The position numbers were made by a program, and so were the translations under genes. Shown here in pieces: positions 1 through 10,956 of a DNA stretch of 64,000 nucleotides. Below the pieces are notes generated by a model that saw only the letters and a list, made by a program, of their open reading frames with translations, had not been told where the DNA came from and ran no database searches. This stretch comes from Daphnia carinata (taxonomy: Eukaryota), in NCBI RefSeq assembly GCF_022539665.2, contig NC_081333.1:9424001-9488000 (forward strand), in the 5' to 3' direction. Within the stretch, counting starts at the first letter, position 1. Each line of letters starts with the position of its first letter.

Positions 1-1739
1 AGATTTTTCTTCTCGAGCGGCAACCGATGGGGAGCAACACCGTTAACAAATTTTGCATTTGCGGTTTCAATTCTAGCAGCAGCGCCGTTTTGCAAAACTC
101 CGACCAAGTCGGCAATTTCCGTGAGGTTCGCATTCGTTTGGTTCAATACCGCTTGCAAATCCCCAAGCGGATCCGGCTGAGACGCTGCTTGTTGCTGCTG
201 GATTTGATCTCTAGCACGAGCTTCGTTAAAACGAAACAAGTTAGCAACAGAATCGACAACGGTCAAAAAGCTTGACATTAAAGTATAAAATGTATTGAAA
301 GCAATCAAACCATCCGAGTCGAAAAGGTTGATAAACGCACTTGTAAACCTATTTAGCTGAATGTTGTTGGTATTTGAATTTAAAACGTTGTCGGCTCTGG
401 CCATGAAATAGATAAACCTATCCGTGCCAAAATTGAATCGCAAATTGGATTGTTTGCTTCTGTTTCCGTTGCGTTCTACTTCCAAGTTAGTGCGACCCGA
501 TGCAATACTCATGAAACGTTTGCTGGTCGCTTCTAATGCTGACTCACTGGTTTGCGAATTTTGTTTTGATTTTCTTTTACGGGATTTGTCCACGACGAAT
601 TGCTTGCTTCGCCGATTACTCGTTATGAGAGTAGACTCCTTAATTGCATAGACTAGTGAACCGCGATTTATTTTTTTGTCGGTTGGGTTACTGCTATACC
701 CAACTGGATTAAAAAAATGTCGACTTTCCTCAACGGCTAAACGTTGCTCTTTTTTTTGTCGACTATTTACGCGTTGTCTCACTGGATAAATTTTCTCTTC
801 TTTTCCAAGTTCCTCGTAATTTTGATAAGAGCTTGTGCCATTGCATTCATTGGCATTATGTTGTTTGTCTTGTGGCACACCCTTAAGCGATCTTCGTTTA
901 ACCGTTTGCATCGCATTCGACTCACGATCCCCAGCTTGTTGTTGATCAGCAGAGTCGTCATTGAATTCGTCCATACCAGTCAACTGTTGAATAAGGTCAG
1001 ACACTACGGCAATGTTGTTGGTGGCATTGTCTAATGATTGTTGTAAATCTTCCAAAGGATTTGGTGGCTGTGGCTGGTTTTGATCCATCGCGTTTAAAAC
1101 ACGGGTTTCGTACGCTCGGAAAATGTTTGCTATTGAATCACTGAAATACCAAACATTGACCCACATACTCCAAAAATGACTGATGGCAATCATACCATCT
1201 GAGTTGTAGAGACGACTAAACGATTTCGTTAATTTGTCAAGTCTTGGGTACTTGGTATTCGAGTTTATGATATTGTTGGAAGTTATCATAAAACTGATAA
1301 ATTTGTCCATAGTAAATTCTGGGGAAACTAAAGATTTCATGCTTCTTTTCCTAGTTTGTTGCGGTGGGGTATGATGCGGCTTTTTCTCGGTACTGATCAT
1401 TGTGTTTGTTTCACTCGTCAAATTTTTTGCGAGAATTCCTTTGCCGTCACTGCTTTCTGGTAAAAGTCCTGGAACAATAGATTCTTATTTAGATAGTTTT
1501 TTTTTACCTGAAATCAAAATCCACAATCGACATTCCAACCATTGAGTCTTATATGTAAGGTAATGAGACGATATTTAAAGCATTGTTTCGTGCAACTTAC
1601 TTTTGGTAGCATTGGTGATGAACTCCATTGATTGGACATTGGATGTCGAAAACGTGAAATTTGCGGAAGCGAAGGTTATCCGAAACACGCAGATTAGAGC
1701 CAACAAGACACAAATTTTTAAAAGAAGTGATGAGGCCAT
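1..1739 (-). CDS. Secreted proprotein of unknown family with two ~112-aa internal repeats (3' end beyond window)
   Basis: Exon 1 1739-1601 encodes MASSLLLKICVLLALICVFRITFA (signal-peptide-like) and ends at a GTAAGT donor. A phase-1 intron 1600-1469 ends TTCCAG. Exon 2 is stop-free by hand translation from 1468 to base 1; it is missing from the ORF track, probably because no stop lies in the window. The clear internal repeat supports coding status. Confidence 0.85.
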
Positions 1740-1835
1740 CGAATGACCCCGTTCTCGTAGTACCCGAACCATCCCTCAATCAATGCCTAAAAGGCCAAGA
1801 CAAGCGAGCTCGCCGAAAAGACAGGGTGAATGGAA

Positions 1836-1866
1836 CGAGACTGCCACAGAAAACACCGATTTATAA
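1836..1866 (-). promoter_or_regulatory. Putative TATA box and initiator of the secreted-protein gene
   Basis: The minus strand reads TATAAA at 1865-1860, then GCAGTC (Inr-like) near 1843-1838, about 100 bp upstream of the ATG at 1739. Confidence 0.45.
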
Positions 1867-2989
1867 ATTACCGAGTCCTTATGAAACTGATCATCGTCAA
1901 CAGCCTGGCTCACTGTTCTTGAGCGACTGTTGCGCTATTACACATAGTGTCGTTAAGTAACGTATTAAAAAAAACTGGCAAGGTACGTCTTATATCATTT
2001 ATACAGCGCAAAACTTGTTTGGCAAGGTTTTGCTGGCGCCAAACTTCCCAAACTGTTTACCATGAAATGGTGACGTGCTGTGTACCTGCAGTCGGTGTTC
2101 TAGATGCAGATGAATACGAATTCTTCTTAACCCCACCCATCAATTTCAATCAAACCTTTTTCAGAAAAACCAAAACAAAAGTCGAGGGGAACAAAAAATG
2201 AAAAACCTGAATGCTAGTGGCTGGTTGAGGTCATACTTTTTTCCGCTTGTCTCGAAGTGATTCTTTCCACTTCATTGTTTTGCCTTTTTTTTGCTGGTCT
2301 GCATGATTTATTTTACCACAATAAATATTGTTGTCAATCATCTTTTGAATGACGAGCGATACAATTTACAGCCAATGGAAATTATTCATAAAAAATAATC
2401 AATAAACTTTTGACCGTATTCTATCGCAGTTCGAGCCACACTCCGTTAGAGCAGGGTGTGGCCAAAGGGGACAAGGTGAAGTTGAAGCAAAAAATCTATC
2501 TTTCGACGTATGAGTGAGTGGACTTCCTTTAAAATATTTGGGGTAGTTGCAATAAGAAGTTCTGATTTTTCGAAAAATTCTTAACTCTAAAAATTCTTGA
2601 GGTATACAAAAAAAATTAATGTCCGTTCCGAGTGTTTGCCGGAGTCTGTTTTTCATTTTCACCCATAAAACGCTAAACTTTAATTATATAACAAGGTAAG
2701 TGTCATTCGGCGTCCATGTTTCGACAAACTTATGATATTTTTTTTTGTTGCCGTTTTCAATACTATAAAAATAACTGAATTCCGGCGAAGACCCATGATA
2801 GGGTCAATAGACTTTCTTGGATGTGCGGGTAGTAGGATCCAGTTAGTCCGGCAATGGCCATTTTGTTTCAACCCCACCCTTTTGATCTAATTAGAAAATT
2901 AAAACAAATTAATGTCATGCTGTAATATTAGCTACCATAAACTCAAGGTAAATATAGGCCCATCATCATTTTTTTGAAAATTTAATCTA

Positions 2990-3762
2990 AGGAAAGGGTT
3001 ACAAAATAACTACGCCCGATTTTTGCCTCTCCAGAAATTTAAAAAATAATATCAATAAAACTGGACAACTATATATGATTTAGATTATAAAATCGCACAA
3101 AAACGACAACTCAAATTGATGAAATCACAGATAATCGTTGATTTGTTTTGTGTCATTTTTTTAATAAAAGAAAAAGTTCTGTTAGCGCACCAACTTTATT
3201 TTTTGTTTTTTACGATTAATTAAAATACTATAAGCCCAATGTCAAAATGAACCCTATTTCCGTCATCAGCGATCCATTTAGAATCGGAAGAATGTATTTT
3301 AACTAAATCTAGGATTTGACGAAAATTGAAAAAAGTAGGAAGGCTATAGCCTTCTCATTTTGACGAAAATCATCAAAGTCCCCAGTTTTTACTTTAAAAA
3401 AATATATCAATAAAACTAGATAACTATAAATTATTTATATTTTAAATTTAATAAAAATCACGAAAATGAATTTTGTTTTTATGTAGAATTTATGGTTTTT
3501 GAGTTATTTGAAATATAAAAAAGGTCTGATAGAAAATTTAAGCCCGAAAAAATAATAAGCCCGACAAAATAATAAGCCCGACTTTTCCTTAAAAAATAAG
3601 ACCAATAAAACTAGGTAACTATACATGATTTATTGTAAATTTAACAAGAAACACGAAAATGAATTTTGTTTTTATGTAGAGTTTATGGTTTTTGAGTTAT
3701 TTGTAATATAAAAAAGGTCCGATAGAAAATTTAAACCTGACAAAATGAACCCGACTTTTCCT
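2990..3762. mobile_element. Patch of a modular non-autonomous repeat (MITE/foldback-like family)
   Basis: Tandem ~195-bp units (CAATAAAACTAG...CACGAAAATGAATTTTGTTTTTATGTAGA...TAAGCCCGAC) at ~3405-3590 and ~3600-3760, a degenerate copy at ~3050-3250, and the palindrome GAAGGCTATAGCCTTC at 3339-3354. The same modules recur at 52.6-54.3 kb. Confidence 0.75.
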
Positions 3763-4529
3763 TTCTGATCCGATCACCCAGAGTTTGATCGGATCGCTGA
3801 TTCAAGAGAAAAAAGTTTTGATCCAGCAGCGAGTCTGGATACAGTTACCTAATACAATGCAATCGTATTACCACGTTTTTTGTATTCTACCAGAATATTT
3901 TGGGTTTAGACGAAACATCGTGTATGATGATATAAGCCTCTGTGGAAAAGAAAAGAATGACATAGCCACAATTCGTATAGTAAATACGCACACGTCCGGA
4001 ATATTATTCGTGATTCCCGTTTCCTCTTCATAACGATTAACGTTCAATCAACCCTTTCTAACTTGTGCCTAAGATAAAATTAATGTCCCTCATGGAAATT
4101 GTTTTTTTTATTAATCCCTATATGTTTATGAAACTGGATCGACAAACATGGGCAATGCGAGTTTGTTAAGCAAATTTTCGATATTGGCTAGCAGACAACA
4201 TGAGCCTTTTCTACTTCAACAGTGCATTAGTGTATCGTCCTTATCCTCCATCTCCACATACGCTAGCATAATAAAGAACGGCGTTTACACCACAACAAAG
4301 AAGCAAATTTAGCGTAATGCTGCGTAACAATCCAAATTCCAGCGCCTTTCTCGGTGATATGCCGACGAATACGTATGACGGTGCCAAAACATCGGTTGTG
4401 CAGACCGAAGTATCTTTTTTGTATAGAGGTGTCATTCTTCAGTATGCAATTCATTCAAGCGATCTGTCGCGACTCGCTCATTTCATTTTTCGATCATAAA
4501 GAATGTGTTATCCTTTACAAGAAGGGTAA

Positions 4530-5875
4530 ACATCCAAGAATCATCTGTCGGATTAGAGACAGGGCATCGGGAGATGATGGACGACGTCGTCAAATTCCTG
4601 CTTAAGATCAGCATCTGACGTCCAATGAACATTCACCGCCCGATGTACCAGAATATCCGTCCACCACAAAATGGCTGAGGAACAAACTGCAATGGTTCTA
4701 ATAAACGTTTACACAATCACAAAAATCGTTAGGGATCAGCTACTCATAATTTAAACTCACCATCAACTCACACTTTCGTTCATTTTCGTAGCACCAAGTG
4801 GTAACGATTATGCACTGCACCGTTTCAAGGTAGCTTCCTATTGTCACGGAAAGAATACGGCGCAACACGAGACAACAAAAACAAAAGAGCTTAAAGTCCC
4901 AGAGATTTGTTTTGGATCTCACAAAAATATTAATTTACCAAATTCTCTGTCCACTTCTTGGGCTGCAACTCCAGCTATGTACAAGAGGATTGAAATTAAG
5001 CATTCTGTTCCTTGCACACTACCTGCTGTTTGATGCTGTTGAGATGACGACAAACAGTGATAAGCTTACACCCTAACCATGGGCTTTCTGACAAGTAGAA
5101 GTCCCATCACAAGTTCTTGTAGGACTGTCCTTTAGCAGGCAAGACATCTTGTATTGTTGTTTAAGAAATATTGTTGAAATGAAGAACCAAAAAGAATTAA
5201 TCAGTTCATTGTTTTCGATAGATTGAATAGCAAGAGATGGACACAAAGTGTTTTTAACATACCACACAAGTTTTTTTGACAGATCTGAATACCAACCAGT
5301 CCTAGCTGCAGCTGACCTGGATCAATTGACAATGCAAAATGGAAAAAAACTCATAAAATCCAAAAAAACAGGATACATAAAATAATGGATTTACCTTAGA
5401 TCAAGTATAGCTTCAATGTTTAATGTCTTTTTGGAATCTATCAGTAAAGACAGCCTTCACACAAACTTTGATGCTTAGAGGCATTTCCTGTGGTAGACCT
5501 CAATATTCTAATCATCAGTATTATGAAACCGTTGATATGAGCCTTGAATTTTCTCTCTAATCACAGATCTTCTCCATTTGACATCATACTACATTCCCCA
5601 AATATAGCTTAAACGTCTTCCTTTTCCACTGACCCAAGTTCAAGGAGAATGGGCTTAGCCAGGAAAATATTTCTGGTAGGATTTGTCAAACAAGTTTCAC
5701 TGATGTGGTTGCATTCTTGAATTTGAAAGAATGAAATTGCCTCAAAAATTTAATATGTATTCTAAAAACCTAGAAAAAGAACAAGAAAGAGGGTGAAAAC
5801 ACGCGTGTATCACACCGGTAACAATTTCTTTGCGCTTACCGTAAGAATACTCTTCGTACTTCCTATCTTCGTTAC
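4530..5875 (-). ncRNA. Probable spliced long non-coding transcript divergent from ORC4 (ends uncertain)
   Basis: Minus-strand canonical short introns: 5839-5770 (GTAAGC...TCTTGTTCTTTTTCTAG), 5394-5317 (GTAAAT...ATCCAG) and ~4760-4676 (GTGAGT...TTCCTCAG). Further donors lie near 5068 and 4938. No long ORF across the exons. Confidence 0.45.
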
Positions 5876-6060
5876 CGCGTAAAGTAAATGGGGCAAAACA
5901 GTGTTGCCAACTTGCCAATTATTTTGCATTTATATTCACAGAACCCCCTGGCATCAATTGCTTCCAGATTTCTAAACGGGTATTTCTACAAGTTGATACA
6001 TTTTACCGTTATCTCTGCTCGCGAAAAATATTATTTTGTATCCCAGTAACACTATTATCT
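5870..6060. promoter_or_regulatory. Candidate bidirectional promoter upstream of ORC4
   Basis: E2F-like TTTTCGCG on the minus strand at ~6020-6027, GTTGCCAAC (X-box/RFX half-site-like) at ~5903 and GGTATTT at ~5979. Lies between two divergent spliced units. Confidence 0.4.
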
Positions 6061-6384
6061 ACTTTCCGGAAATTGGAAATTTATGACTTGTCCTGGAGCT
6101 GGCTGAAAATGTTTTGGAAACATGGCCCTTTTGTCGCTCACGGCACTGGATAAAGATTTTTTTATTGCAATCAGGAACTTTGAGACCACCGTGAGCCGCT
6201 TGATTTTGATATTGGATATTGCTAAGAACCATTTGGCAAAAGAAAAATCGTTTCAGACTATAGATCGCTGCTGCTGCCACCTCGTAGATGACCGGAAAAA
6301 CTAAAGATGACACTATGTTTACGCGCGCACTTTCTGACAATATCGTCTGCAAGATTTGAATTGTGTGTTAAAAGAAACACAAGA

Positions 6385-8196
6385 ATGACATCTTGTACTG
6401 AAATTTGTCGTTCCATTTTACTAAAACGAATGGTTTTCAACACTCATTCTAATATCGCCATACCAGATGAATTTCTAGAACATCAAAATTATGTATTCAA
6501 TTTACTGAAAAGCACCGTAGTAAATGGAGAAAACAATTCTGCTTTGCTGATTGGACCCAGAGGAAGTGGGAAAACAATGGTAAGCAGTGTTACACAATCA
6601 AGAAAAACACAAAGGGAAAAAAATCTAAAATGTGAAAATATCAAGTTAATTAACAGTGTAATAGCTGACCTCGAAGCTACCTGCAATTTAGAAAAGGATT
6701 ATGTTGTCATTAAGTTGCATGGCTTCTTCCAAACCGATGATCGAATAGCCATTCAAGAGATAACAAGACAAGTAAAGTATAATTTTTATGTTCATTGAAA
6801 TAATCTATAACATTTTGTGTTTGAAAAACCTGCTTAGCTCTTTCTGGAGGAGGAAACAGCTAACAGAACATTTGGCTCATTTTCAGGTGAATTCCAATGG
6901 CCATATTGAACTCAAAGTTGAATAACTTACGGTTTTGTTGTGCAATGGCAATTCTTTAGAAAACCTCAATTTTCTTTTGGATTCATTGAAAGTAGCAGAT
7001 AGAAAAACAGCAAAATCCATTATTTTCATAATAGATGAGTTTGATCAATTCTGCCAACATAAAAATCAAACTTTATTGTACAATCTGTTTGATGTGTGCC
7101 AATCTGCTCAGGTACAGTTAGTGTATTGATCTATTTTTATTCTCCTTCCCCTTTAAATTTAAATGTTTTACAACATGGGTTGCCTTGAAATTCTAGGCTC
7201 CAATGGCTGTCATTGGATTAACATGTCGAATGGATGCAATTTCTTTGTTTGAAAAGAGAGTCAGATCAAGGTTTTCTCATCGTCAAATTTATCTGCTCCT
7301 CAAGCCTGACTTCCAAAAATACAACGAAACGTTTGTCAGCCTTCTTCGACTACAACCGAGCCGAGAACTAAAAGCCATTTACGTGCGAAGCTGGAATAAG
7401 TCTGCCGAAGATCTTGCACAAGATCCGGTGGTGCAAGGATCGCTTAAAAAAGTATTCAACTTGAATCCGAAGCTACGCCTTCTACAGAATATATTGGTAA
7501 ATGTTATATCACATATGTATTGAACCTTAACGAGAGAAAAAAAAATAACCAATCGTCCCCTGTTGTTCTTCGGCCACTTTAAAGCTAGTCGCGTTATCAC
7601 GTCTGGGTGAAAGTCATCCGTTCCTGTCGTCCAAGGACATCGTAACCGCCATTGAGTCTCAAACTACTGATTGCAAAACGTTGCAACTGCAGGGCTTGTC
7701 TGTCCTCGAGCTACAGTTGGTAAGTCATAAAAGAGAAATTTCACCTAAGTAATGACAGTTCATTTAGTTAACTTGTTATTCATGCCGATTCCTTGACTCG
7801 CGCAGTTATTATGCATGAAATACCTAGATAAAATATATTTTGGCGAGCCTTGTAATTACGAGATGGCCTTCTACGAGTATACCAAGCAAATGAAAAACAG
7901 CTCAATGCAAAAATTTGACCGACAAATCGCGATGAAAGCTATGGAACACCTGGAGGTAATTCCCCGATGCAGAATTTTTTAAACGGTATTTAACGAGGAG
8001 TACACTGTTACTTTTTTTTTTTTTTTTAAAGACGTTAGAGCTTATCCGACCGGTTGAAGGGATTTCGTCTTCCAAGGTCCAAAAAGAATTCGTTGTCTAC
8101 AATATTCTCGTCACGTCTGAGCAGTTATCAGCTGCCATCTCAAAGTATCCCGGTCTTCCCACCGAAGTCAAACAATTGGCAGACACGTGTCTTTAA
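6385..8196 (+). CDS. ORC4: Origin recognition complex subunit 4 (AAA+ ATPase)
   Basis: Exons approx. 6385-6579, 6646-6771, 6838-6886, 6960-7111, 7197-7497, 7585-7719, 7806-7955, 8032-8196. Motifs: [17 protein letters not shown] (Walker A), [22 protein letters not shown] (Walker B), [23 protein letters not shown] and C-terminal LPTEVKQLA. Confidence 0.96.
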
Positions 8197-8417
8197 GAAA
8201 ACATTTCAACGTCACATCCATCTCCCAACTCGTTGTGGCATTTGCCAGGTGTATCTGTCGGAAACCGTTGAATCACCACGTCTGGCTAAAAATATAAAAG
8301 AAAAAAAGAATTAAGCAGACATACAGTTACAGTATATTAATATACAATGGCACTGCTCCATACAACACACAGCACGGTAGTGAAATATTATTATAGATTA
8401 GGTAACTTATGAATGAT

Positions 8418-10924
8418 TTACACGTTGACGGCCCTCATAACGGAATCGTTGTCGTCGGATTCCGAGTCGATCTGAGTAGATTCGACATCCATATCCGTTG
8501 CCGCAATCGATCCGTGGAACTGGCTAGTTAGAATGGCCACCTCTTCATCAGGGGACAGGGTACGCGGCTTCTTCTCGTCAAAATCCAAGTTGGTGACGTT
8601 TTCGTAAACTTCTCCGTCAACGAAACGAGCGTCGGCGACGTTGCCACAGCCGGAGGATGGCACAACAGCCGCTCGCCGGTAAGGAACGAAAGAACAGGTA
8701 TCGGCGGCCATTTCCGGCTGACCTGCCGGCATCCAGTGGGACTGCTGGTTGGTGCAATTGATGAATTTGGGCACAACGATCGGAGAGAACATTTTCTCTT
8801 TGCTAACAGTGTCGGCACTGTGTCGCGATCGCGGTTGCCCTCCAACTATCGAGTGGACGGCGGGTGGCGGTCGTTGATTCTGGCCGTCCCAGCTGGATCT
8901 TTGGCAGGGTTTGCCGCCGCTACGGATGCTTGTGACTTTGGCCACAGGACGCTGAATTTTGTCGTATCGGTGTCCGTGGATTTCTTCATACATGGCAGAC
9001 GAGTTGCTGCCGTCATGGTTGACTGACACGGCATACGAGGACGTATCAGCGAAGTAGAGCTCCGACTCGGGCACCAGTTTACCTCCGCTCAAATCTCTTC
9101 TACCTGGAAAACCGGTATTTTTCAATAAAGGCCCGGAGGAATGAAACAAAAGAATAAAGAATAAAGAAAAATCAAATGAAAAATGATTAGATACAAAATA
9201 ACAGTGCAATTGTAATAATGCACGAACGCGCAAAACGATTGCTAACGCATACCAGATGGCGATCCTGTTTGTTGTGCCGCTGGAATATTTCTAGTCAATA
9301 GCGAACCGCCCTGCCCGTTAGAGATGACAGGCGTGATACCAGCCGTCTGCGGACTCCACGGCATCCGGCGTGGATCTATATTCATCCGACTTACTGGTGA
9401 CGGGTGAACGCCCGAGACCATATTCTTGTTCTGCTGCTGGCGGCCTGGTAAATTGCTGGAGAAGCCGGCGGCTCGCTGGTCTTTTCGTAACGAACTGTCT
9501 TTGCTTGTTCCACCAGCGGCGCTGCTACTCGCCGTCGAAGACGAGCCCAGCCCGGCGTGCTGATCTTTAGTCGACACTGGGCTTCGATGCGCTGGCGAAA
9601 GGCTTCCAATCGGCGTCGATGCAGATATGGAGCCCAGTTCACTTGTGCTTCCTCTCGAATACGGTGGAGGAGGGCCCCATCCAGCCACTCTTTCTTGCCC
9701 AGTCACGGGGCTCGTCGCCGTCGTCAATGCCAAGGGTGAACGATAATTGCTGCTGTTGCTACTCAAAGGGAACCCGTAATGATCATCTGGCCCTATAATG
9801 ACAGGTCCTGGGTCATTCGTTGTCCTCCTGTCGCAGACAATAATAGTAAATTTAAACAAAAATTGTTCATTTAGAGTAATAAAAAAAAAGGTACCGCTGG
9901 ACAAGAATGTTACCTTGTTCGTACGGTGCTGCTGACATCGCTGCTATCTGAAACAGATGGGCGCCATGGAAGCCAGTTCCATCCCGGGTTGCCGGCTGGC
10001 CTTCGATGAGCTGGACAACTTCCATTAGTTGAGTTGACGCCATGCGCCTGTCCACTGCAGTTGACCTGTCCGCTGGCGCCGCCCGTTCCGTTAGCACACG
10101 GTCCGGGCGAATACAAGTTGCCGCCGTGAAGACCCCAGTAACGACTATAATAATGACCGAGATTTAGTTACGGACCATCATTATCTTACGACACGTATAG
10201 TTAAGAAATGCCAGAAGAAGAGAAATGCTGAACAAAAGAACGAAAGAGATGCAAGTAGCAATTCATCAACGACTCCAATTTTCTAATTATTTTATTTATT
10301 TATTTTTTTTTTTCAACCGCAAGAGAAAAAAAAAATGTTGTTATTGCCATTTCTCAGCGATTCGTCATTTTCACGGTGGGCATCAACAACATAACAACTG
10401 TATTTTATTTATTTTTTTCATAAGAGAGTTTTGGTTTTGAAAACGAAATAGTCGACAGAACTGATTGCCACAATTTGAAAACGAAGTTGTTGATTCCGGC
10501 ATCCCTTATGGCGGTTGATTTTGCTGTGAGAGAAACCCAAGTCCGATTAAAAGAAAAAGAAAGAACAACGTAATAAAAGCAAAGTAATAAACTAAGTGCT
10601 AATAAAAGAGCTTGCTCTAGCCGGAGGGGGAAATACGAACGGAAACTGGCAATAAAAACATACAAAAAAAAAAAAAAAAAAAAAAAATAATTCGTAACAC
10701 AAAACAAAATTTCTTAATGAGATTTTCACTCGACTTGTCATCGTTGTCCGGACAGGCTACGTCAAGGTGTACGTATGACGTCAACAGCCAAAAACACAGC
10801 GCGCTCGCTACACGCGTGATTATTGCGTATCGCTAGGTGCGTGCGCACGCAAACGACGCCAGCGAACAGTGGGAAAAAAGAAGTCCGGAGGGCTAACTGA
10901 CTTTGGTGCGATGCCCCCTATAGA

Positions 10925-10956
<32 letters not shown>

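Noticed and set aside
271..340. Apparent GT..AG intron inside the secreted-protein exon
   Set aside because: It reads in frame and encodes the conserved SDGLIA part of repeat 2, so it is exonic.
27..1034. Plus-strand ORFs 27-275, 424-651 and 744-1034
   Set aside because: Antisense shadows of the long minus-strand exon.
2445..2880. hAT/Tc1-like terminus (TAGAGCAGGGTGTGGCCAA...ACCCCACCCT)
   Set aside because: No matching inverted end or target-site duplication found.
3540..3590. CRISPR-like short direct repeats (TAAGCCCGAC)
   Set aside because: Repeats are too short, have no unique spacers, no cas genes are present, and the context is eukaryotic.
4241..4605. Short overlapping ORFs as a possible transposase relic
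   Set aside because: No recognisable DDE or other motif; the ORFs are short and in conflicting frames.
5441..5518. C/D-box snoRNA-like segment on the minus strand (TGATGA...CTGA)
   Set aside because: The C box lacks the leading purine, there is no terminal stem, I recognise no rRNA-complementary guide, and it is not clearly intronic; snoscan would decide.
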